Shown: in pieces, positions 24,256-34,094 of the stretch
How the letters are laid out: each line of letters opens with the position of its first letter
How positions within the stretch are numbered: the stretch's first letter is position 1
Virus record (IMG/VR): IMGVR_UViG_3300005512_000004
Origin: an uncultured virus (IMG/VR IMGVR_UViG_3300005512_000004)
Taxonomy: Duplodnaviria > Heunggongvirae > Uroviricota > Caudoviricetes
DNA length: 64,000 nucleotides
Reading direction: 5' to 3' (one strand)
Translations under genes and position numbers: made by a program
The notes under the pieces: model-generated
What the model saw: only the letters and a program-made list of their open reading frames with translations
Told to the model about the DNA's origin: nothing
The model's database searches: none

Positions 24256-27200
24256 GTGCTCATTGATCCTCGTTGCGACCTCAAGCTTTTTATGGAGGGG
24301 TACTCGTGTTCAGTCATGTCTGCGAGTATCAACACAGCTGTCACGCTCACCGCCACAGTCGAGGTACTGCCTACGAAGCAAGTGCGTGATATTAAGCCCA
24401 TGACGAACGTGGTGATTGGGTACCGAGATGTCGCAGGCGCAAAGCCCGTGCTTGCCGACGAAGCAGGCGTGACATACTCCGTACTATTCGTGGGGATGGT
24501 GACGGGTGTGGCGATTAACAAATCGGGGACGTCTAGGAGCGCGACGCTCTCCTGCGCGGGCCACCAGACGTTACTGCAGAGACACTACACGTACGTTTCT
24601 AATGTGGCGACGCAGTCCTTTAGTCATCAAAAGAACTTCTCAGGCGCTTCTTCTTTTCTGAGAACAGACACGGGGAAGGGCGGACTAGCAGCGCAGGTGG
24701 AGGCCGTCTTCCAAGACCCCGCGCCTCCGTTTACGCCAGGCCTCGGGCAGCTAACAGGCCCGCCTAAAGGTGCGGTCAAGTTGATCGAGAAGTGTGTGGG
24801 CGTGACTCTCCCTGCAGGATCCGCCTACGAGGGTAAGGTGCATGGTGCGCAGCATGAGTTCTTTGCGCACGCGTCACACCAATGCCGCCTCTTATTTCAA
24901 ATCGACGGCGTCTCTGTTGATGACGGACTAAACAGCATCATCGACAAGAACACTACGGGAGCCGCCCTAAGCGGTGCAGCATCTCAGCTCAACGATTTGA
25001 CGGATTTGGGGACGATGCTCGACATACTCCTAAAGCAGCTCTATTACTGCTTCACGCCGATCGGTGCGCCACGAACGATGATCGGTACGGATACGGATGT
25101 GGTCCAACGAGGCAATACGCTTACTGAGCTGCGACAGAAATACGTGTCGGAGGTGATCTCGGAGGGAGACGTAGTACCTGACACGCTCGGCTCGCCTACA
25201 GCGGTTGATGTGAGCGCCGCAGTAGAGGCCGTGTACAAGGACATCGGCGAAGAGACGGACGCCACCGTGGAGTCTAAGCTGCGTACAGTACTCGAAAAAA
25301 CCCCGCAGGTAGTTTTCCCGCAGCTCTACGACGATATTACGGCATCCGTCCCCAAAGACCGCGTCGAGGCGCTCCTTAATCGCTGCGCGCCCTTCCTCTA
25401 TACTGCTGTCAAGCTGAAGAAGTCTGGGAAGAAGCTCACAGCGCAGGAGGCCGACCATATAAGCCGTGCCACCGCGGCCATTCTACGCAACATTGCCGCC
25501 GTCTCGAAGGTAGAATCTGGCGTACAAGGTAACTCGTTCGCGCGTGTTATCTCGTACAGCCTTATGCCAGACTTAACTTTCTGCACGCCTCCCACGTGTA
25601 ACGTAATCTTTCCGAATCAAATCGCGACGTTCAACTATGCCAAAGACGCGTTTAACATGCCTACGCGTCTGCTGCTTCATGGCTCGCTTGTCCCGAACGC
25701 CGACGAGAAGAAGGGCGGGGCAGCTGGTTACTACGCACCCTCTACGTCAGCCTTTGCTCATCAAGGAGCCGTCGCCAATGAAGAGGAGGAGATCCCTCTG
25801 CTTCCACACGAGAAGTTTACTGGGATTGTGCCCTCGTACGCCTCGATTAGTTTCTTCGAGAAGTACAAGACAATGGATCCTTCGAACAGCACGGAGATCA
25901 TGCTGCGTATCGCGAACTTCAACCTCATGCTCCAGCGATACGCCTCTACCGGAATTACATGTACGGGCCCTTTCAATCCCTTCGCGGCTGTAGGCTTTCC
26001 AATCGCGTTTATTGACGTAGACGATATCTCAGCAGAGAGCCCTACGACCTATGTCGGGATACTCTCGTCCTGTTCGCACTCGTATAGTGGAGCAGGTAAC
26101 GCGTCTACGACATACACGGTGAAGTCTGTTCGCGAGGTAGGTGAGGTCGACGAGATTTTTGGTGACGCGCTTCTACGTGCTACAAGCGGCGGGCCTACAG
26201 CGACCGCGCTCACCTACACAGACACGGCTACCGAGGGAGGCAACTTTGTACAGTCAGCGCTCACCCGCGCGCTTTCTCCACTAGCGGATATGCCTGCTTT
26301 TCTCGCAGCCTACGACCTTCGCCGTGATGTAGAGCTTGTAGTGAACGGCGCAAAAAAACAGTTCAGGCGTGCGTTCCTAAGGCCCGCGGTGCGGGAAATT
26401 CTACAGAAGCACGTGCCTCCAGAGCTTAAAGGACGCACGGTGATCGGTGTAGAGTGGGAGGGTACAAGCATCGCGACACCACTCGTTATGCTAAACGGGA
26501 TAGGGACGGAGTTTAAGTCGACTAAAGCGCTCATAGAGTATATCGAGCGTCAGCCTCTCGTAAACAACGTCGAATACGCGCTCGAGCGCATAGCGGAAAA
26601 CCTCGCGAAGTATTTTGTCCCGACACCCGAGATCGTGCAGGCAATCGTAGACATACAAGGTGTCTTACGCAGTGGTGCCCCTCAGGGCGCGTTCTCGTAT
26701 ACTGCACTGAATAGGGTATCCGGTACCAAGACTGCACTTCAGCTGCTAAACACGAAAGTCAAGGTGCAACTCCAGCGAGGTATTCATGATGAGGATGCGA
26801 GCGCTGCCTTGAAAGGAGAACACGAGATCACCTTGCTCGCTCTTCTGCCATTAGACGTTGAAAGGATCATCGCATCGATTGTAGCGGGTACCGCGTCCTT
26901 CTTTAACGACGCGATGAGCTTCCCGAGTAACGCATTCACGTCCGTCTCGGTGTTTTTCGATGCCGGAGAGCAAGGGACAACACCTGTCGCCTCAGAAAAG
27001 GTTGCTGTCGAGGAGCTCTACAGGCCACCGTGGTTTTCTGATATTTTCTCTATCGCCAATATCGGTAAAGCGGTTTACCAGCGCGCGCTCGGCTGCGGCT
27101 CTGTGCAAGACGCAGTACCAGCATCTGTGCCGAGAGACACTACGGTAAACACGGTGAATGGCGGTCTCCTTACCCACACTACGCAGACGAGCCTACTGCA

Positions 27201-27504
27201 GGCATACAGAGCGTACAAGGAGGCGCCCGCATACTCTAAGGGGGAGTTCGTAAATGCCTTCGTACGACGTCCTATCGCCAACGTACAGGACGTGCTGGGC
27301 ACAAACGGGTTACTTACGACGCCTATCGCAGACGCATGCGTTGTCGATCTAGGGCAGATATGTAATAAATCGAAGGTGAGAGACTTGGCGGCTACGGATG
27401 CCACAAGTACGAGCCTTACGTTCGACCCAAACGAGTTAGTGTCTGAGAAGCGAGCGGGCGTAAATGCCTATATTGCAAGCATAAAAGGAGATGCGTTCCG
27501 ATGA
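24256..27504 (+). CDS. baseplate hub / tail tip protein (putative)
   Basis: 1082 aa. VLFVGMVTGV, PPTCNVIFP, GPFNPFAAVGFP..YVG.L.S.SHS patterns; position after the TMP. Confidence 0.55.
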   Translation: MLIDPRCDLKLFMEGYSCSVMSASINTAVTLTATVEVLPTKQVRDIKPMTNVVIGYRDVAGAKPVLADEAGVTYSVLFVGMVTGVAINKSGTSRSATLSCAGHQTLLQRHYTYVSNVATQSFSHQKNFSGASSFLRTDTGKGGLAAQVEAVFQDPAPPFTPGLGQLTGPPKGAVKLIEKCVGVTLPAGSAYEGKVHGAQHEFFAHASHQCRLLFQIDGVSVDDGLNSIIDKNTTGAALSGAASQLNDLTDLGTMLDILLKQLYYCFTPIGAPRTMIGTDTDVVQRGNTLTELRQKYVSEVISEGDVVPDTLGSPTAVDVSAAVEAVYKDIGEETDATVESKLRTVLEKTPQVVFPQLYDDITASVPKDRVEALLNRCAPFLYTAVKLKKSGKKLTAQEADHISRATAAILRNIAAVSKVESGVQGNSFARVISYSLMPDLTFCTPPTCNVIFPNQIATFNYAKDAFNMPTRLLLHGSLVPNADEKKGGAAGYYAPSTSAFAHQGAVANEEEEIPLLPHEKFTGIVPSYASISFFEKYKTMDPSNSTEIMLRIANFNLMLQRYASTGITCTGPFNPFAAVGFPIAFIDVDDISAESPTTYVGILSSCSHSYSGAGNASTTYTVKSVREVGEVDEIFGDALLRATSGGPTATALTYTDTATEGGNFVQSALTRALSPLADMPAFLAAYDLRRDVELVVNGAKKQFRRAFLRPAVREILQKHVPPELKGRTVIGVEWEGTSIATPLVMLNGIGTEFKSTKALIEYIERQPLVNNVEYALERIAENLAKYFVPTPEIVQAIVDIQGVLRSGAPQGAFSYTALNRVSGTKTALQLLNTKVKVQLQRGIHDEDASAALKGEHEITLLALLPLDVERIIASIVAGTASFFNDAMSFPSNAFTSVSVFFDAGEQGTTPVASEKVAVEELYRPPWFSDIFSIANIGKAVYQRALGCGSVQDAVPASVPRDTTVNTVNGGLLTHTTQTSLLQAYRAYKEAPAYSKGEFVNAFVRRPIANVQDVLGTNGLLTTPIADACVVDLGQICNKSKVRDLAATDATSTSLTFDPNELVSEKRAGVNAYIASIKGDAFR

Positions 27505-27827
27505 ACAACGTTGATCGATTTAGATTCTTCCTAAAAGTAGCTGCCTACGAACCCGTACAGGACGATATGTATGCGTCTGGTTCTGCACAACGGCACGTAG
27601 ACAATCAAATGGCGCGCGCGTTCTCTCGGAAGAACTTAGGGACTGCGGCAGCGGGCGCAGCAGGCGCAGCAGCGGCATATAAACTGTCTAAACCGTTCTC
27701 GGATGCGCGCATTCCTTTGGGACAACAGAAACTTAGGGGCGCGGCTATGTTGGGAGCAGGCCTATATGCTGCCAAAAAAGCACGCGATTACTTAAGTGCT
27801 CCTCCGCCGAATAACGGAGCTGTGTGA
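27501..27827 (+). CDS. Ala/Gly-rich putative virion-internal protein
   Basis: Leader FRFFLKVAA; GTAAAGAAGAAAAY and GAAMLGAGLY segments. Confidence 0.6.
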   Translation: MNNVDRFRFFLKVAAYEPVQDDMYASGSAQRHVDNQMARAFSRKNLGTAAAGAAGAAAAYKLSKPFSDARIPLGQQKLRGAAMLGAGLYAAKKARDYLSAPPPNNGAV

Positions 27828-28669
27828 TGGACGACTTAACAACATACCTGCTCGGATCTGTTGGTGTGAAGACCGCGAATGTCGCCGCACCCGCTATGCC
27901 CGCTATGCCTACTATGCCCGATGCGCCGAGCGCGCTCCCAAAGAAGCAGCAGCGCGGACTACAAGAGCTGTCTATGTGGCAGACGTGGAAAGACAGCGGC
28001 TATAAGGAACAGCACCTTGAGCCACTCATGCAGTCTTTAGATCCCGCGATCACATTCCACGTCAACAAGTGGAAAGCTGCGAACGTACCAGAGCATCTTA
28101 TCCGCATACGTGCAAAGCAGATTACCGTAGACTCTCTAAAGAACTATACGCCTACAGCGGGGCACGGCGGGAAGGTAGCGAGCCCAGGCTCGTGGGTGCA
28201 GCAGAACCTCAACCAGCTCCAGCGGTTTATCGTAACGAACCAAAACGTAGGACGTATTCAAGAGAATCGCGCAGGAAAAAATAAGCGTATCTTTGATGAA
28301 GCGCGTCAGTATCTACGTGAGATGTACGGTAGAGAGCCGACCATCAAAGAGATCGCCGAAGACATGACCACCAAGCTCGGTAAATCGATCACGGAGAAAC
28401 AGGTGCGTATGTACGTCCGTGAGGAGCGGAGAGACAACACGGTCTCTGACGAGAACTTTGTCTATACCCCTACCGCGACGCGTATGCTACTAAAGCTACT
28501 GCCCGAAGAGCTCACACCGCTAGAAAACCAAGTATTCGAGCGCCTATACGGGCTCAACGGGATTCGGCAGATGAAGCCTGGGGAGATAGCGCGCGATCTT
28601 CGTATCGACGGATCACGCGTGAGCCGTATCAGCAATAAGATACGCGAAAAGGCAAGCGAGTACTTATGA
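27824..28669 (+). CDS. phage RNA polymerase sigma factor (sigma70 family, group 3/FliA-SigF-like)
   Basis: Region 2-like segment (LKNYTP..G.KVAS..SWV), region 3 LREMYGREPTIKEIAE, region 4 LTPLENQVFERLYGLNG..KPGEIARDLRIDGSRVSRI. N-terminal VKTAN + PAMPAMPTMP linker. Confidence 0.85.
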   Translation: MMDDLTTYLLGSVGVKTANVAAPAMPAMPTMPDAPSALPKKQQRGLQELSMWQTWKDSGYKEQHLEPLMQSLDPAITFHVNKWKAANVPEHLIRIRAKQITVDSLKNYTPTAGHGGKVASPGSWVQQNLNQLQRFIVTNQNVGRIQENRAGKNKRIFDEARQYLREMYGREPTIKEIAEDMTTKLGKSITEKQVRMYVREERRDNTVSDENFVYTPTATRMLLKLLPEELTPLENQVFERLYGLNGIRQMKPGEIARDLRIDGSRVSRISNKIREKASEYL

Positions 28670-30222
28670 CCTGCACCGTTAGTCCGATTACGAATACGAG
28701 CACCGCTGAGCTGCAACGGCTTCGTGGTGGCCTGACTGATCTCTACGGAGGCCTACGTTCTAGGACTAGCGTAAGTACAAGCATGCGTCGCTCCGTGGCG
28801 CTCGCGTCTGCAGCCATCACGAGGAACATACAGCTTACGTGCCCGTTGGTCTTAACAGAGAAAGCAGATAAGCTCGACCTATCTGGGAACGTGATGCTCT
28901 ATACGCTTAAGGCAGATCAATCTTTTAAGCTCGTCGCGCACTTACCGTTAGAGTACATCAGCGTAACGAACACGCTAGACACGCTCGTCTTGTACTCGAA
29001 GGAGCAACAAGAGAATAAGACAACCGTGCGGTATGCCGCTGTGATTCGTACAGACGTCTCAAGTGTAGATATACCGCTGCCGAAAACAGCTACACGGCCA
29101 GAGAAGATACCGCTGTGCCCGCAGGACGCGGATTTTAACAAGAGTATACTTCCAACCGCCCTCGGGTTAGTTCTCGGTAAAGCGGGCACAGATCACCGCA
29201 CGGTGACTCTGAGCTTCTTTAAGTCCGTAAAAGGCGAGGCTTTCGTTCCACATACGGTGAGCAGGTACGGGTGGACGGTAGCCTCCGGCACGGACACAGA
29301 CAAGCTACTGCTTGGCGCAGATCTTAGCTCCGATCAAAATATGTCCTACCCTGTAAATGAGCTGCAGCCCTACGGTAGTTTTTTTAAAGACTGTCGTCCC
29401 CCAGGCTATAAGCCCGAATGGGGGCGCGTCGCGACAAAGGAATACAGCCTAGCGCTCATGGAGGCAGAGGCGCCACGCGCTGTCGATACATGCGCTCAGG
29501 TAAAGGGGCTAGTGGGGTACGATAACCTTAAAGATGCACTCGTAAACGGTTCCCTCGTAACCTTACGGTACGAGAGCGGCGGACTACTCTACTTGCCGGT
29601 TAACTTGTTCGAAATTCGCCCGCAAGTCGGATCGACCGTAGCGCGCGTCAATGTTGTGGACGAGGGTCCTCCTAGAAAAACGCCTAAAGGGAAGGACATC
29701 TCTAACGGATACCGTCCGGCAGGCACGACGTATTATAGCGCGGGCGGCAACTACCAATACGTGCAGGGTACGTGGGAGACTTACGCGAAGCGTTACTCGC
29801 AGATGTTTGGCGTCACTACAGGCCTACAGTGGCTGTGGGAGGCACCCCCGCAAGCGCAAGTGTGGTACCAGATAGCCTATATGACGGAGAACTTCTATAA
29901 GAACACCGCGGGCGTTACTGATATCTTCCCACCATTCTACTACGCGATCATGGTACACGCTAACAACATTGGTAACTCGATGTCGTATAAGTTTTTACGT
30001 GCAGCCAGAACCGCGATACAACGCGAGCGTGCGCAGACACCGGGATACAATACGCACTCAGCGCACCTCACGTGTAAGCGTATCTACGAACAAAAAACGT
30101 GGCTTATCTCCAAGCACGCAGATTATATGAACAGGATACTAGACGTACTTAAGCGAGAGCTCCCGCTTATCAACCCGACGCTCTACCCAAATAATATGTC
30201 TCTCTACCCAGGACATGTATGA
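28666..30222 (+). CDS. tail-associated protein with C-terminal lysozyme/transglycosylase-like domain (putative)
   Basis: SAGGNYQYVQGTW...APPQAQ resembles Rpf/SLT-type GxYQF..TW..Q motifs. Confidence 0.5.
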   Translation: MTCTVSPITNTSTAELQRLRGGLTDLYGGLRSRTSVSTSMRRSVALASAAITRNIQLTCPLVLTEKADKLDLSGNVMLYTLKADQSFKLVAHLPLEYISVTNTLDTLVLYSKEQQENKTTVRYAAVIRTDVSSVDIPLPKTATRPEKIPLCPQDADFNKSILPTALGLVLGKAGTDHRTVTLSFFKSVKGEAFVPHTVSRYGWTVASGTDTDKLLLGADLSSDQNMSYPVNELQPYGSFFKDCRPPGYKPEWGRVATKEYSLALMEAEAPRAVDTCAQVKGLVGYDNLKDALVNGSLVTLRYESGGLLYLPVNLFEIRPQVGSTVARVNVVDEGPPRKTPKGKDISNGYRPAGTTYYSAGGNYQYVQGTWETYAKRYSQMFGVTTGLQWLWEAPPQAQVWYQIAYMTENFYKNTAGVTDIFPPFYYAIMVHANNIGNSMSYKFLRAARTAIQRERAQTPGYNTHSAHLTCKRIYEQKTWLISKHADYMNRILDVLKRELPLINPTLYPNNMSLYPGHV

Positions 30223-30497
30223 AGACTACGACAACCGATTTGATGTACGCCGCCTTCTTGATTGTTCTCGGCTGTACGATCGACGAGATAGAAAACACCG
30301 GCAGGTACAGCAAGATACATATCTTCGTGCCCGAGCGAGCAACAGAGCTGCTTCAGCAGAAAGCGGGCAGACTTGTGCGGCTTGCTGAGCGAGCAGACAC
30401 GTTGGCTGAGATCGGCGTGGTATACGATATGTCTATGATGAAGGACATCGCAGACCAGTATTTCCTACTCAAGAAGAAGATCGCGAGGCTTAAATGA
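30219..30497 (+). CDS. DUF5659-like small phage protein
   Basis: TTDLMYAAFLIVLG N-terminal pattern. Confidence 0.5.
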   Translation: MKTTTTDLMYAAFLIVLGCTIDEIENTGRYSKIHIFVPERATELLQQKAGRLVRLAERADTLAEIGVVYDMSMMKDIADQYFLLKKKIARLK

Positions 30498-30961
30498 CCG
30501 CAGAAGAGCTTAACGAATTTATCACGTCTGAGGGCGTTGATCGCGTCGCAGCAGACCTGATTAAACGAGGCTACTACGTGAAGCAGCTCGCGACGGAGAC
30601 ACCTCTGCCAGACGAGCTCGTCGTTCACGGTACGATACGTCTTATGGATGCTACGGGACTTCCCCTAGCAGGCCACGCTGTTACGATAGAGACGCTCCGT
30701 ACAGCTGTCCCTGTAGTTGACGCGGAAGGTAACACATTCTATATCGGGGACTCTCTATCAAGGAGATATTTCGCGCTCAATGCCGATGGCGTATTGAGCG
30801 TTAAGCTCGTAAAAGGCAGCCACGTCATTATCCACATAGAGGGTGGATTTTCACGAGAGATCGTTGTGCCTACGGAGGACTTTGACATCCTCGCGCAGAA
30901 GGCTGACGACAGGTTCATTAACCCTGCACCTCCTATCACGATCCCGATTCGGAGGGTATGA
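30494..30961 (+). CDS. structural protein, beta-sandwich (putative)
   Basis: VHGTIRLMDATGLPL..NADGVLSVKLVKG. Confidence 0.55.
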   Translation: MTAEELNEFITSEGVDRVAADLIKRGYYVKQLATETPLPDELVVHGTIRLMDATGLPLAGHAVTIETLRTAVPVVDAEGNTFYIGDSLSRRYFALNADGVLSVKLVKGSHVIIHIEGGFSREIVVPTEDFDILAQKADDRFINPAPPITIPIRRV

Positions 30962-31824
30962 TGTTCTCTCTCACAGTCTTTCTTCAAAAAAGCGATGGCA
31001 CGTCCGCCGAGGGCGTAGTCTCTCTCTACGATCAAAACCACGCTTTGGTGGCGCGTGAGTCTTCGATCGATGGCGCAGCTCGCGTAGATGTCCTCGCCGC
31101 GGGAAGGGCGCGAATTACAGTCGCTAGTGAAGGGAGAGTGTTCCTCTCCTCTACGGTAGAGATACCAGATGACGGCGAAGGTGAGATTACGCTTACCGCG
31201 CTACCCGTACCGACACGAACACCGCTAGGACCAGATTGGTGTAGTGTGTCTAGCGCAATCCGTAACCCTATTGGCGAGCCTACAAAGATACAGCTCCACG
31301 CTACCCTCACGAGCGGTGACTACCGCACGCATGAGAGCCTTATCTATAATCAGCCTAAAGCGATCAGCGCTGAGCAAGACGGGAGTCTTCATGTTAATTT
31401 GCTCAAGGGACGTACGTACGAGCTCTCTTACATAGAGGCTCCGTACGGAGAGCCTGAGACGTACGTCGTGTCTGTACCTCGACGAGAGCACGCGGATCTA
31501 TATGACCTACTCTACCCATACGCCGTGGCAGGTTTTGTCGATCAGCCCTTTACAGGGAACGGCACGTACACACTCACGATTCTTTTAAGTGACGGTCGCG
31601 AGCTGACAACTTATAAAGAGGTGCAGCAATATATCTATTCCGTGGAGGCAGACAATGCGGAAGTCACTTTCACAGAAGCGGAAGATCGCACAGCCCAACT
31701 CAGCGTCACAGGACAGCCAGGAGCTGTCGTCCGAGTCGCGGGTAATCGACGAGGAGATCTTGACGCAGGGCCCGCAGATACGTTGCGAGTCTATGGTAGT
31801 GTGTTCCTCACTCTCGTCTCGTAA
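30958..31824 (+). CDS. structural protein, beta-sandwich repeats (putative)
   Basis: Contains a segment similar to the preceding gene (QDGSLHVNLLKG..VSVP). Confidence 0.55.
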   Translation: MMFSLTVFLQKSDGTSAEGVVSLYDQNHALVARESSIDGAARVDVLAAGRARITVASEGRVFLSSTVEIPDDGEGEITLTALPVPTRTPLGPDWCSVSSAIRNPIGEPTKIQLHATLTSGDYRTHESLIYNQPKAISAEQDGSLHVNLLKGRTYELSYIEAPYGEPETYVVSVPRREHADLYDLLYPYAVAGFVDQPFTGNGTYTLTILLSDGRELTTYKEVQQYIYSVEADNAEVTFTEAEDRTAQLSVTGQPGAVVRVAGNRRGDLDAGPADTLRVYGSVFLTLVS

Positions 31825-32068
31825 TGAGAAGGATACACCATATCACAAGCTCCTAACTGCCGTGCTCAAGTCTGCTATGCAGGATATTGCCTCTCAAGAG
31901 AAGGGTTCCGCCCTATATCAAGACGCCTACCGCTGGATTTATGAGCTCCCGCCTTATACGGGAATGTACGCACAGTATATCTTCTCGATCACCTCGATTT
32001 GCGAGCACCTAGACGTAGATAAACAACGCATACAGCGTCACGTAAAGGAGCACTATGTTGCTCGATAG
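31793..32068 (+). CDS. small helical phage protein
   Basis: LLTAVLKSAMQD..AYRWI..FSITSICEHLDVD pattern common in phages. Start uncertain. Confidence 0.55.
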   Translation: MVVCSSLSSRNEKDTPYHKLLTAVLKSAMQDIASQEKGSALYQDAYRWIYELPPYTGMYAQYIFSITSICEHLDVDKQRIQRHVKEHYVAR

Positions 32069-33275
32069 AACGACTTTTGTGGATGTACGCGCAGACACGC
32101 ATGCGCTCTTTCTATACGATCTGGGGCTCTACTATCATTACACCCGTGCGCTCCTCTCCGAGTTCATCACAGAAGCAGATACGCTAAGCGCGGCAGATCT
32201 CGGTGCAGAGACGGAACACGTCAACACGATGCTTAGGCGTATACGACGGACACACTCGAATAGAGGCGGTCTTATTGTCGCTGAAGCGTCTGGTATCCTA
32301 CAAGAGCAGGGCCTAGATGCTTCAGCACTCGAGCATACCTTCCGTACCGGCAAGGCGTACATCACAGGGCACTCTCAGACAGATCGGACGCAGACGTGTC
32401 CGCTGACGGTAGATAGCGTCGCACGTAGCAGAGTCAGCAGCACACGAGAGGCAACAAACGTCCGCGCAGATCTCCGTAAAACCTCTCCTAGCGCGCCAGC
32501 GTATGTCTCCGCGGATCTTGTAGCGCGTCTCTTAGGCGGACAGGTTCAAGGACGCACGTTGGTGGCGAGCGGTACCGACATGGGAGGGTTACAGGCATAT
32601 CTAGGAAGCTTCACCGATACGCAGCCCGTACAGCTCGACGTCACGTACCCAGATCGAACGGAGAGCTTCGCCCTAGACGCCACAGGCGGTGCGCTTCTCG
32701 ATGAGCCTATAGAAGCGTGGTGCGCTTTCCGAGCACATGTACAGCTCACGCAACAGGGTATAGGCACCTCTGGGCCGATGTTCGAGTACCCGCTAACAAC
32801 ACGTATGGTGGACACTACGCTACGACTGAGGCAGGGTATGTGCCTCGAGAGCGATACATCAAGTATGGTAACGCGCGTAGCAGGAGAACGTGTTACCCTA
32901 AGCGCACCCAACTCTTTTTTCGGAGAGAGGGTGTTCGTTTATAAAGCGTGCTTGCTGTGGGCCGCCTATCTGCCGTCTCTAGCAGACATACACGTCGTAG
33001 GAGACACTGATGAGCAACGAGAGGCGAGCTTCCTCGCACAGACGAGAGCGCGTATGAAAACGTGCAGTACGCTTTTAGCGAGCATACCCGTGACAACAAA
33101 CCCGTTACGGTTCGACATTCGTGCGGCGCATCACGCTGTTGGCGCTGACTACGCGTACAATCTGCTAGAACGCGGGCGGCTGATCGAGTACCATCAGCTA
33201 AGCGAGCAGGAAGCGAGCAGAGCGAACGTCATGTCTATGGCGGCGAGCCACATACGAGCGGGCACGAGGTTATGA
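32055..33275 (+). CDS. hypothetical baseplate-region protein
   Basis: AAGGAG RBS; 406 aa ORF in the operon. Confidence 0.7.
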   Translation: MLLDRTTFVDVRADTHALFLYDLGLYYHYTRALLSEFITEADTLSAADLGAETEHVNTMLRRIRRTHSNRGGLIVAEASGILQEQGLDASALEHTFRTGKAYITGHSQTDRTQTCPLTVDSVARSRVSSTREATNVRADLRKTSPSAPAYVSADLVARLLGGQVQGRTLVASGTDMGGLQAYLGSFTDTQPVQLDVTYPDRTESFALDATGGALLDEPIEAWCAFRAHVQLTQQGIGTSGPMFEYPLTTRMVDTTLRLRQGMCLESDTSSMVTRVAGERVTLSAPNSFFGERVFVYKACLLWAAYLPSLADIHVVGDTDEQREASFLAQTRARMKTCSTLLASIPVTTNPLRFDIRAAHHAVGADYAYNLLERGRLIEYHQLSEQEASRANVMSMAASHIRAGTRL

Positions 33276-33469
33276 AGAACAATGAAAAGGCTGCACGAAT
33301 TATCGAGAGGTTGCGCGAGATAGAGATCCTGGCACAGCCTAGACCTTTTGCTCAGCAACTATCGTCGTGGGATAATGCGGACACGTGGACGCAGGACACG
33401 AAGTCAGAGATCGCCGAGCTGATAGCCATGCTCGACGCGCTGATACGAGAGGTGGAAAGTGGATCTTAG
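33272..33469 (+). CDS. small hypothetical protein
   Basis: GAGG RBS, ATGA coupling. Confidence 0.6.
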   Translation: MKNNEKAARIIERLREIEILAQPRPFAQQLSSWDNADTWTQDTKSEIAELIAMLDALIREVESGS

Positions 33470-34094
33470 CATTTCAAAATACTCGTACGCGCTCTCTGTG
33501 AACAACGTTCGGGTAGTCTCTGTGACGCCGCCGATCATTATGATCTCTGCTAACGGGCTTGACCAAGCGCGCAGCATTTTCATCAACGACATACCCTGCC
33601 GTTTCGAGATCAGCTCGACATCAACAGCCTTGGTAGAGGTGCCCGCTAATGTAGCGCAGTCTGGGATCGAGCGTATTACCGCAGAGGCTACAGGGCCTGT
33701 AGCAGTCGCGGGAGACGTCGCGGTGTCGTTTTCCTTTGAAGAACTAGCCACAAGGGTGACGGGCATCTCGGCGCTCGTACAGCGCTTCTTAAAAGTGCTA
33801 CTCACGAATCAAGGCACCAGCTATCAGGCCCCTAATGAGGGTGGCGGAGTACTTAATATGGTAGCGCTCTCTGATGGAGATCGGCTTGCGGAGGGTGTAC
33901 TTGTAGACGCAGTGACAAACGCAGAGACGTACTTCAAAGACGACCCTAAGTACGTGGAGCTGGACCCGTCAGAGCGTCTGCTGAGTGCGGAGATTCTGTC
34001 ATCTTCGTGGGATAGGGCGAGCCAAACCGTCGCCATCTCGATACGTATAACGAACCAGCTCGGTGAGACGGTAGATTCAGGAGTGTCCTTATGA
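33459..34094 (+). CDS. baseplate wedge / sheath initiator (gp25-like) with N-terminal Ig-like domain
   Basis: VTGISALVQRFLKVLLT..G.S..P..GGG and ERLLSAEI..VAISIRITN; directly before the baseplate J-like gene. Confidence 0.65.
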   Translation: MDLSISKYSYALSVNNVRVVSVTPPIIMISANGLDQARSIFINDIPCRFEISSTSTALVEVPANVAQSGIERITAEATGPVAVAGDVAVSFSFEELATRVTGISALVQRFLKVLLTNQGTSYQAPNEGGGVLNMVALSDGDRLAEGVLVDAVTNAETYFKDDPKYVELDPSERLLSAEILSSSWDRASQTVAISIRITNQLGETVDSGVSL

